This document shows, in pieces, positions 1 to 7,744 of a stretch of DNA of 24,000 nucleotides. Positions within the stretch are counted from its first letter, which is position 1. Every line of letters begins with the position of its first letter. Below the pieces are notes generated by a model. The model saw only the letters and a list, made by a program, of their open reading frames with translations. It was not told the origin of the DNA and did no database searches. A program made the position numbers and the translations under genes. Source of the stretch: Paludibacteraceae bacterium (lineage in GTDB: Bacteria > Bacteroidota > Bacteroidia > Bacteroidales > Paludibacteraceae); NCBI GenBank assembly GCA_017450685.1, contig JAFSTB010000032.1, forward strand, positions 1 to 24,000. The letters run 5' to 3'.

Positions 1-129
1 GAGATGGATGTTGATGCTGACGGTGACATCTCTGTTCCAAGCGACACTCGCAAGTACATAGAGAACGGCGTGTTGATTATCGAGCGCAATGGCGTGAGGT
101 ATGACGCCACAGGTAATGTGATTAAATGA
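1..129 (+). CDS. 3' end of an unidentified CDS (partial; start lies outside the window)
   Basis: Frame 1 is open from the window edge to TGA at 127-129 (...DGDISVPSDTRKYIENGVLIIERNGVRYDATGNVIK*). No family is recognisable from 42 residues. Confidence 0.45.
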   Translation, partial: EMDVDADGDISVPSDTRKYIENGVLIIERNGVRYDATGNVIK

Positions 130-152
130 GGAATTAGGAATTAGAAGTGTTC

Positions 153-326
153 AGAGTATTCTGAATAATCGGAATACTCTATGGGTACGCAGGCGTGCCG
201 CCTGCGGCAACATCAAGGTTGGTAGCCGTAAATGCCTAACCGCAGCCAACCGCAGGTGACACACCTGCGTACCCGACATTCACTTTTTAGGGGTTAAATA
301 CAAAAGTAGCGGCCGAGTGTGGCTGC
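153..326 (+). other. Cluster of strong inverted repeats / RNA hairpins; function unknown (structured 3'UTR, sRNA or palindromic repeat element)
   Basis: Three hairpins paired by hand. (1) Perfect 9-bp hairpin AGAGTATTC 153-161 / GAATACTCT 172-180. (2) Long imperfect hairpin 183-207 / 250-274, about 22 of 25 positions paired, including a perfect 11-bp base GGGTACGCAGG / CCTGCGTACCC. (3) Hairpin GCGGCC 309-314 / GGCTGC 321-326. Confidence 0.6.
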
Positions 327-331
327 CCATA

Positions 332-371
332 GAGGTAAGTGCGTCGAGAGGCGTACTTACCTCCTTTTTTT
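332..371 (+). terminator. Rho-independent terminator
   Basis: 12-bp stem GAGGTAAGTGCG 332-343 / CGTACTTACCTC 352-363 (one G-U pair), 8-nt loop, then C plus T7 (365-371). Confidence 0.8.
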
Positions 372-401
372 GACAAATAGAACTTACAATATTATCAAAA
401 A

Positions 402-433
402 TTTGTCTAATTGAGTGATTTATCCTACCTTTG
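402..433 (+). promoter_or_regulatory. Bacteroidota-type promoter for eno (-33 TTTG, -7 TACCTTTG)
   Basis: TTTG at 402-405, a 20-nt spacer, TACCTTTG at 426-433, 75 nt upstream of the eno ATG. This matches the known Bacteroides consensus TTTG / TAnnTTTG. Confidence 0.55.
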
Positions 434-499
434 CGGCGTTACTTGGTGTTGTGTATCGAAAGCAGACACAAATAAATACATATTTCTAATCTTAACTAA

Positions 500-1816
<1,317 letters not shown>

Positions 1817-1828
1817 TAACAATCACTC

Positions 1829-1870
1829 GTAGAGCCATAGCGTCAAACACTATGGCTCTACTTCTTTTCT
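1829..1870 (+). terminator. Rho-independent terminator after eno
   Basis: Perfect 12-bp stem GTAGAGCCATAG 1829-1840 / CTATGGCTCTAC 1850-1861, 9-nt loop, followed by TTCTTTTCT. Confidence 0.8.
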
Positions 1871-1877
1871 TACGCTT

Positions 1878-2816
1878 ATGGCAACCAACCCTCTCTTTAT
1901 CTTTGTCGCTGCCGTACTTCCCGCTTTCCTGCTCTTCGCTTTCATCTATTGGAAAGATAAGTATCAGCGCGAACCTATCGGACAACTGCTTCTGGGATTC
2001 TTCTTCGGTATCCTCTCTTGCTTCCTCTCTCTGTCCATATCACAACCACTCAAGTTTTTGGGTTTCTTCCCCGATGAGCCTACCACTATATATGGTGCCA
2101 TTGCCTCTGCCTTTTTCGGTGCAGGCATACCCGAAGAAGGTGCCAAACTGCTGATGCTGTGGCTGCTCGTGAATAGAAATAAGTACTTCGACGAACATTT
2201 CGACGGTATAGTCTATGCCGCCACCATCGGACTGGGTTTTGCCACTTTCGAGAATATCCTTTATCTCGTCTCTAATATCGATACATGGCAAACAGTGGCT
2301 ACCACACGCGCTATGTTCTCCGTTCCCGGACACTTCTTCTTCGCCGTCATAATGGGCTATTTCTTCTCTTTGGCTTACTTCGGCAAAGGTGGGTGGCGAC
2401 AATACGCAAGAGCATTCTATCTTCCAGTATTGCTGCATACCACATACGACGCTCTGCTCTTCGTCGGCCGCGTTTTTGCAGATAATCAAGCGATACAAGC
2501 ACTGCTGCTCATACTCTTCTATGTCTTCTTTATCAAGATGTGGCTCCAGGTGCGCCGACGTATGAGTATGCACCTCGACAAAGACTTGCAAACAATAGCC
2601 GAACACGGCTCTTTCAAAGTCAACCTGCCCGAGAATCCGGCAGCACCACAACCTATGCCAACCTCTGACTCCGCCGACATCACACCATCTTTAGACCCCT
2701 CACAAGATACGCACCCTACACTTAAACCTATCACCTACAACGAACAAGACTATATGCCGCAACCAACCGACGCTGTCACCAACAACCCATCAACGAAACT
2801 GACAGATGAAGAATAA
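1878..2816 (+). CDS. PrsW-family intramembrane protease
   Basis: 312-aa polytopic membrane ORF with ATG at 1878. It carries IPEEGAKLL (EE pair), GLGFATFEN and LLHTTYDAL motifs typical of the PrsW family. The C-terminal ~75 aa are a Pro/Thr/Asp-rich low-complexity tail. Confidence 0.8.
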   Translation: MATNPLFIFVAAVLPAFLLFAFIYWKDKYQREPIGQLLLGFFFGILSCFLSLSISQPLKFLGFFPDEPTTIYGAIASAFFGAGIPEEGAKLLMLWLLVNRNKYFDEHFDGIVYAATIGLGFATFENILYLVSNIDTWQTVATTRAMFSVPGHFFFAVIMGYFFSLAYFGKGGWRQYARAFYLPVLLHTTYDALLFVGRVFADNQAIQALLLILFYVFFIKMWLQVRRRMSMHLDKDLQTIAEHGSFKVNLPENPAAPQPMPTSDSADITPSLDPSQDTHPTLKPITYNEQDYMPQPTDAVTNNPSTKLTDEE

Positions 2817-2919
2817 TCCCAAAAACAAAGATTAACATATCATAGCGTAAGAGAAATCTATAAAAATTAAATTTTTAATACTACTGATTATCAGTGGGTT
2901 GGTAAAAATCTATCAAAAA

Positions 2920-2964
2920 AATTGTGCAAATATTTGCACAATTAAAAATCTCGCCGTACCTTTG
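2920..2964 (+). promoter_or_regulatory. tRNA-Val promoter: 24-bp perfect palindrome overlapping -33, plus -7 box TACCTTTG
   Basis: AATTGTGCAAATATTTGCACAATT at 2920-2943 is a perfect palindrome; its 20-bp core is 2922-2941. The internal TTTG at 2934-2937 lies 19 nt from TACCTTTG at 2957-2964. The tRNA starts at 3007. Confidence 0.6.
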
Positions 2965-3006
2965 CACCCGCTGTCAAGGAAGAATGCTTGTTCTTTCAGC
3001 GGCAAC

Positions 3007-3081
3007 GGGCGAATAGCGCAGCTGGTTTAGAGCATCTGCCCTACAAGCAGAGGGTCGGCGGTTCGAATCCGTCTTCGCCCA
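3007..3081 (+). tRNA. tRNA-Val (anticodon TAC), CCA not encoded
   Basis: Manual cloverleaf. Acceptor GGGCGAA/TTCGCCC is perfect. Anticodon stem is TCTGC/GCAGA with loop CCTACAA. T arm is GGCGG-TTCGAAT-CCGTC. Discriminator is A. Two deviations: C at position 33 and a G12-A23 mismatch in the D stem. Confidence 0.9.
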
Positions 3082-3095
3082 CAACAGAAAATCAA

Positions 3096-3126
3096 GGAGT
3101 TACGTAAACAAACGTACTCCTTTTTT
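3096..3126 (+). terminator. Rho-independent terminator after tRNA-Val
   Basis: GGAGT(T)ACGT 3096-3105 pairs with ACGTACTCC 3112-3120 (9 bp, one bulge), followed by T6 at 3121-3126. Confidence 0.75.
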
Positions 3127-3197
3127 GCTTTTAGTCAGCCTTGTGCTACATTTTTGCTATATCTGCAAAATGCTGAAAATCAAATTTCGGCACGATT

Positions 3198-3242
3198 TTG
3201 TTGCAAATCTTTGCATAAATCAAATTTTTTAGTGTACCTTTG
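3198..3242 (+). promoter_or_regulatory. Promoter for the candidate Y RNA / rsr unit
   Basis: TACCTTTG at 3235-3242. Upstream, TGCAAATCTTTGCATAA at 3202-3218 is a degenerate copy of the TTGTGCAAATATTTGCACAA palindrome, 16 nt from the -7 box. No other -7-like box lies between here and the rsr ATG. Confidence 0.5.
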
Positions 3243-3248
3243 CAGCAC

Positions 3249-3300
3249 AAAGTTGCAAGGACGCAGGCAAACATTGCCGTGTGATAAATAACACAACTTT
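3249..3300 (+). other. 5' hairpin module at the predicted start of the Y-RNA transcript
   Basis: AAAGTTG 3249-3255 pairs with CAACTTT 3294-3300 (7 bp). Inside it is the inner hairpin GGCAA 3266-3270 / TTGCC 3274-3278. The module begins about 7 nt after the -7 box. Confidence 0.4.
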
Positions 3301-3304
3301 ATTT

Positions 3305-3421
3305 AGGAATGGTTGCCGTAGTGAAGAGTTTCATCGGAATTACTGAATCCTTAGTTCGTCAGAACGTCAGGCTAACAACCTGAATCACTCTCTTCACGAT
3401 TGTTGCACCATTCCTTTTTTT
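3305..3421 (+). ncRNA. Candidate Y RNA (YrlA-like) adjacent to the Ro60/TROVE gene
   Basis: The 5' and 3' ends pair into a long bulged stem: AGGAATGGT 3305-3313 with ACCATTCCT 3407-3415; bulged T3314; GC 3315-3316 with GC 3405-3406; three weak pairs; a GAU bulge at 3398-3400; and GTGAAGAG 3321-3328 with CTCTTCAC 3390-3397. The stem encloses about 61 nt with small hairpins, for example TCAGG 3367-3371 / CCTGA 3379-3383 with a 7-nt loop. It ends in T7 (3415-3421), 27 nt before the rsr ATG. Confidence 0.6.
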
Positions 3422-3448
3422 ATTGACCGACCTTTAACCACTGTCCTT

Positions 3449-4987
3449 ATGAACTTCAATTCGCAGTTAAAGCCGCAGGATGTGACGCGCAACCACGAAG
3501 GTGCGATTGCCTACACTATGACCCCGGAGATGGAACTCTATACTGCCATTGTCACCTCTATGCTTAACGACACCTACTATGAGTCGTCCGACGAGCGCGT
3601 AAAACGCATACAAGAACTGGTGGGAAAAGTCAGTCCCCTCTTCGTGGCACAACTTGCCGTCTATGCCCGCAGGGAGATGAACTTACGTTCAGTGCCGCTG
3701 TTGCTGCTCACGCTCTTAGCCAAGGTGAACAGTACCGACACCGCCGATTGGCAGCCTTCTATGTTAGCGCGTGCCATTGAAATGACAGTACTTCGCGCTG
3801 ACGAGATAAGCGAACTGTTGGCGTGCTACCAACTGCTTAATCCGCGTCAGGGAAGGAAGCAACTATCGGGTCTGTCGCATCAGGTGCAGAAAGGTTTGCA
3901 GACATCGTTCAACCGTTTAGACGAGTATCAGTTTGCCAAGTACGACCGTTCCTCGCAGACTGTACGGTTGCGTGACGCACTCTTCCTCGTTCACCCCAAA
4001 GCCAAAGACGAGGCACAACAGCAACTCTTCAATAAGATCGCTTCCCAATCGCTTCAGACACCTTATACTTGGGAAACGGAACTCTCAGAACTGGGAAAGC
4101 AGCCCTTTGACACACCCGAGCAGAAGCAGGCAGCAGTTCGAGCCAAATGGGAAGAACTCATCGACAGCGGCAAACTGGGCTATATGGCACTGCTGCGCAA
4201 CCTAAGAAATATCGTTCAGTCGGAAGTGTCGAAAGAGCGTATAGACAGTATATGTGCGCGGTTAAGCAATAAAGACGAAGTGGCACACAGTAAGCAACTG
4301 CCTTTCCGTTTCTTCTCCGCCTACAAAGAGATGCTGCAAGTGATGTCACCCTACACCTCGCTTATACTCACAGCCTTGGAAGAGGCTGCTAAGGCTTCTG
4401 CACCCAATACCGACCTCTTCGGCAAGAACGACCGTATTCTGCTTGCCTGCGATTTGTCAGGCTCAATGCAACATTCGCTCTCACCTAAAAGCAAAGTGCA
4501 ACTATACGAAGTGGGCATACTGCTCGCTATGCTTATGCAAAACACCTGCCAACAGGTGCAAACAGGCTTGTTCGGGGATATATGGAAACCGGTAAACTTG
4601 CCGCAAACCAATATATTGCAGAATACCAACGATATACGCAAACGCATAGGCGAAGTTGGGTATTGCACCAACGGTTATATAGTGATAGATTGGCTCATTG
4701 AGAACAAGCAGGTGGTGGACAAAGTGATGTTCTTCACCGACTGCCAACTATGGGACGACACTTATACTATTAAGACTGTCGCCAAATCGTGGCAACAGTA
4801 TAAACAGATTGCTCCCGATGCGCGACTCTATATGTTCGATCTTGCAGGCTATGGCGAGAGTCCGCTGCGCTTGATAGGAAAAGATGTGTGCCTCGTTGCA
4901 GGGTGGAGCGAACGTATCTTCCAAATGGTAGAGACAATGGAAAAAGGTGAAGATATAATGACGAAAATAAAACAAGTAAAGATATAA
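3449..4987 (+). CDS. rsr: Ro60-like TROVE domain protein with C-terminal vWA domain (bacterial Rsr ortholog)
   Basis: 512-aa ORF with ATG at 3449. The N-terminal part (TRNHEGAIAY...LNDTYYESSDERV...FVAQLAVYARREMNLR) reads as a TROVE domain. The C-terminal part has a vWA MIDAS motif DLSGS (nt 4451-4465, LLACDLSGSMQ). Confidence 0.85.
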   Translation: MNFNSQLKPQDVTRNHEGAIAYTMTPEMELYTAIVTSMLNDTYYESSDERVKRIQELVGKVSPLFVAQLAVYARREMNLRSVPLLLLTLLAKVNSTDTADWQPSMLARAIEMTVLRADEISELLACYQLLNPRQGRKQLSGLSHQVQKGLQTSFNRLDEYQFAKYDRSSQTVRLRDALFLVHPKAKDEAQQQLFNKIASQSLQTPYTWETELSELGKQPFDTPEQKQAAVRAKWEELIDSGKLGYMALLRNLRNIVQSEVSKERIDSICARLSNKDEVAHSKQLPFRFFSAYKEMLQVMSPYTSLILTALEEAAKASAPNTDLFGKNDRILLACDLSGSMQHSLSPKSKVQLYEVGILLAMLMQNTCQQVQTGLFGDIWKPVNLPQTNILQNTNDIRKRIGEVGYCTNGYIVIDWLIENKQVVDKVMFFTDCQLWDDTYTIKTVAKSWQQYKQIAPDARLYMFDLAGYGESPLRLIGKDVCLVAGWSERIFQMVETMEKGEDIMTKIKQVKI

Positions 4988-5075
4988 GCACCTGTAACCA
5001 TATTCGGGCGAACAATTGGCATAATTTTTGTCTGATAAGAACAAGAGACCTATAATATTTAGCAAGGAAAAGAAG

Positions 5076-5435
5076 ATGTTATTGCATATAGTGCGACATA
5101 TGGTCAAATGTGTACTGCCATTGCTTACTATGCTCTTTTTATGCGTATTAGCAGTGGATGAGAGTCGCGATTTTGCGCGTGCTATGCAGGATGTGAGTAT
5201 GGAGATGGCAACAGAGTTGGAGCAATACGATTTAGAGTGGGACGAGGAGAATGATTTGCAAGACGCATCTCAATCTGTCTTTTTTGCAGGTAAACCTTTG
5301 GCAGGTGATATGCATACCAATAATCATCTTCTGTGTACTGACGCCAAGCAGTCGGATAGTCTTAAAAGGGGACAGGTGAGGCGTTATGCACCACGACAAA
5401 TGACCCCAAACAACTATAACTATATCCTTATTTGA
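5076..5435 (+). CDS. Hypothetical small protein with an N-terminal hydrophobic segment and an acidic region
   Basis: The ORF-track start at 5028 is a TTG. The first ATG is at 5076 (MLLHIVRHMVKCVLPLLTMLFLCVLAV..., 119 aa). It is on the same strand as rsr, and the stop codon is embedded in the 5' arm of a strong terminator. No family recognised. Confidence 0.5.
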   Translation: MLLHIVRHMVKCVLPLLTMLFLCVLAVDESRDFARAMQDVSMEMATELEQYDLEWDEENDLQDASQSVFFAGKPLAGDMHTNNHLLCTDAKQSDSLKRGQVRRYAPRQMTPNNYNYILI

Positions 5436-5475
5436 ATGATAGTGCCGTTAGCGCGAGCACTATCATTCTTTGTTT
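5434..5475 (+). terminator. Rho-independent terminator closing the rsr / small-ORF unit
   Basis: Perfect 12-bp stem GAATGATAGTGC 5434-5445 / GCACTATCATTC 5457-5468, 11-nt loop, followed by TTTGTTT. Confidence 0.8.
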
Positions 5476-5497
5476 AATAACTAATATTCAAATCATT

Positions 5498-5932
5498 ATG
5501 AAGAATCAATTTTATCTTGTGCTTTTAGCACTCTCTATGTCGTTGGTGGCATGTGCCAAGGACGAAGTGATTACTTATGACCGTCTTCCTCAGGCAGCCA
5601 AAGCCGTGGTGGAGGCACATTTCGATGCCTCACAAGTGTCGTATGTAACCTTAGACAAAGACCTCTTGAACTGCGAATATACGGTTAAGTTCAATGATGG
5701 TCGTTCTCTGGAGTTCGACAAGGCGGGTGAGGTAAAGAAGGTGGATTGCAAGACAGTAGAAGTGCCTGCCGCGTTAGTACCCGAACCGGTGCGCGAATAT
5801 GTGAAGGCACATTTTGCCAACGCTTTCATCACTGAATGGGGCAAAGACGACCGTGGTTATAAGGCAGAGTTGAACAACGGTTTGGATTTGGAGTTCAACC
5901 GCAAGTACGAGTTTGTGCGCATTGACGACTAA
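5498..5932 (+). CDS. PepSY-like (DUF2874-type) lipoprotein
   Basis: The ORF-track start at 5432 is a TTG inside the terminator. ATG at 5498 gives MKNQFYLVLLALSMSLVACAKDE, a lipoprotein signal with Cys. Repeated ...EYTVKFNDGRSLEFDKAGEV... / ...GYKAELNNGLDLEFNRKYEF... units are typical of the Bacteroidota PepSY-like family. Confidence 0.75.
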   Translation: MKNQFYLVLLALSMSLVACAKDEVITYDRLPQAAKAVVEAHFDASQVSYVTLDKDLLNCEYTVKFNDGRSLEFDKAGEVKKVDCKTVEVPAALVPEPVREYVKAHFANAFITEWGKDDRGYKAELNNGLDLEFNRKYEFVRIDD

Positions 5933-5935
5933 AGT

Positions 5936-7612
5936 ATGACTTTTTCGACTATCTTAACCGCCATCCTCACTCTTTTAGCAGGCATAGGTGTCTTTCTTAT
6001 TGCCTGCACTATGATGAGTAGCAACTTAGAGTCGGCTTCATCCAAGAGGCTCAAAAGGCTGTTTGCCAAGACGGGTGACAGTCCATGGTTAGGCGTTGCC
6101 ATAGGTACGGTCGGCACTGCTGCTATACAGAGTAGCGGTGCCGTCACCGTTATGGTCATCGGTTTCGTTAATGTGGGGATAATGACACTACGGCAGGCCG
6201 CTACTATCATCTACGGTGCTAACATCGGCACAACCGTCACAGCACAGTTGGTGGCGTTGGGAATGTTCGGCAGTAACACTATATCCACTACCATTATCTT
6301 CAGTGCTTTTGCCGGTGTAGGTGCTTTCATAACACTCTTCACCAAAAACAACACATGGAAGCAGATAGGTGGTGTGCTGACCGGTTTCGGAATGTTGTTT
6401 GTCGGACTCAGTATGATGGCTAATGCTATGGATGAGTTCGCTGCTTTGCCGTCAGTCAAACTCTTCCTCGCCTCTATTAGCAACCCGATACTGTTAGTGG
6501 TTATAGGTGCTTTGCTGACTGCTGTCATACAGTCATCATCGGTGATGACCTCTATCGCCATTACGATGGTGGTGACGGGGTTAATAACACTCAACCAAGG
6601 TATTTATCTCACTATGGGTAGTAATATAGGTTCGTGTGTTGTAGCCGTAATTGCCGGTCTGACCAGTGGTACCGCTGCTAAACGTACAGCATTGATTCAC
6701 CTTAGTTTCAATATTATGGGCGTAGTGCTGTTTATGTTAATAGCAGGGTTGATGACCTTGTTGTCAGGTAGTGTTCTCAGTTTTGAAACAATCTTTGAGC
6801 GTCTCTTACCGTCAGCGCCGCAACTGCAATTGGCTATGTTCCATACGGTCTTTAACATCTGTACTATGCTTGTTGCTTTGCCGTTAACCAATGCATTGGT
6901 GTCGCTTGCTTGCAGCATCGTAAAAGAACAGCCACAGGCTCAAACAGATAAACCGCACCTCTATTTTCTTGACGAGCAGATGCTACGCACACCGGTGGTG
7001 GCTGTCAGACAACTGAAGACGGAAATAGAACACATGGCTCAATTGGCTATCGACAATTTCAGCAGGGCTATCAACACCGTCGTAACACTCAATTTTACCA
7101 ATCAAGACACTTTTAACAAGACGGAGGAAGAACTTAATTACCTCAATCGTGAATTGGTGCAATATGCAGTGCGGCTGTCGGATAACCAACTCAATGCGTT
7201 TGACCACCAATATTTAGCATCCACCATACGCACCGTTAGTGACCTTGAACGTATAGGTGACTATGCCACTAATATCGTGGAATATGCAGAGAGCCTTCAG
7301 CAACAGGATGTGCGCTTCTCTCAGTATGCTCTAAAAGAGATTCAGCAAATGGAGCAACTGATAGTGTCGCTATATAAGGCATCCATGCAAGCCTATCATA
7401 AGATGGATATGGAAGCACTCGGAATAGCCAACCAAATAGAAGACCAAGTGGATCAACTCACCGACGAGATGGAACGCAATCATATACAGCGACTATCGTT
7501 AGGTATATGCCAGCCTAAAGCCGGAACGGAATATATATCCTTAGCGCAAAACTCCGAACGTGTGGCTGACCATCTGATCAATGTGGCTAAAACGATAAGA
7601 CAACTCAAGTAG
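5936..7612 (+). CDS. Na/Pi cotransporter family protein with C-terminal PhoU-like domain
   Basis: 558-aa ORF. The membrane half has duplicated QSS motifs (AIQSSGAVTVM, VIQSSSVMTS). The soluble helical C-terminal half resembles PhoU repeats. The ATG lies 4 nt after the upstream stop. Confidence 0.85.
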   Translation: MTFSTILTAILTLLAGIGVFLIACTMMSSNLESASSKRLKRLFAKTGDSPWLGVAIGTVGTAAIQSSGAVTVMVIGFVNVGIMTLRQAATIIYGANIGTTVTAQLVALGMFGSNTISTTIIFSAFAGVGAFITLFTKNNTWKQIGGVLTGFGMLFVGLSMMANAMDEFAALPSVKLFLASISNPILLVVIGALLTAVIQSSSVMTSIAITMVVTGLITLNQGIYLTMGSNIGSCVVAVIAGLTSGTAAKRTALIHLSFNIMGVVLFMLIAGLMTLLSGSVLSFETIFERLLPSAPQLQLAMFHTVFNICTMLVALPLTNALVSLACSIVKEQPQAQTDKPHLYFLDEQMLRTPVVAVRQLKTEIEHMAQLAIDNFSRAINTVVTLNFTNQDTFNKTEEELNYLNRELVQYAVRLSDNQLNAFDHQYLASTIRTVSDLERIGDYATNIVEYAESLQQQDVRFSQYALKEIQQMEQLIVSLYKASMQAYHKMDMEALGIANQIEDQVDQLTDEMERNHIQRLSLGICQPKAGTEYISLAQNSERVADHLINVAKTIRQLK

Positions 7613-7682
7613 AATTGCCAAATGAGCCAATCACGATAAGTCGCCATTGAGGAAATACAAACATAACAGTTATGAAAAGAGA

Positions 7683-7717
7683 AAAGACACCTTATAAGTA
7701 AGGTGTCTTTTCTCTTT
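7683..7717. terminator. Bidirectional hairpin terminator (Na/Pi gene on +, tRNA-Ala on -)
   Basis: AAAGACACCTTA 7683-7694 pairs with TAAGGTGTCTTT 7699-7710 (12 bp, 4-nt loop). It is flanked by an A-run upstream and TCTCTTT downstream, so either strand sees a stem followed by a T-rich tail. Confidence 0.75.
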
Positions 7718-7744
7718 GTTGCTGCGGCTTATGTCCGCTTTGTG

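Noticed and set aside
1-129. Idea that the partial C-terminus (…IENGVLIIERNGVRYDATGNVIK) is a T9SS C-terminal sorting domain
   Set aside because: This rests only on a vague resemblance in 42 residues, and I cannot support it without a profile search.
131-144. Tandem GGAATTA GGAATTA just after the upstream stop codon
   Set aside because: It has only two copies of a 7-mer, which is too short to distinguish from chance.
2040-2651. 203-aa ORF antisense to the PrsW-family gene
   Set aside because: It is fully embedded in a gene with clear family motifs, and its product has no recognisable features.
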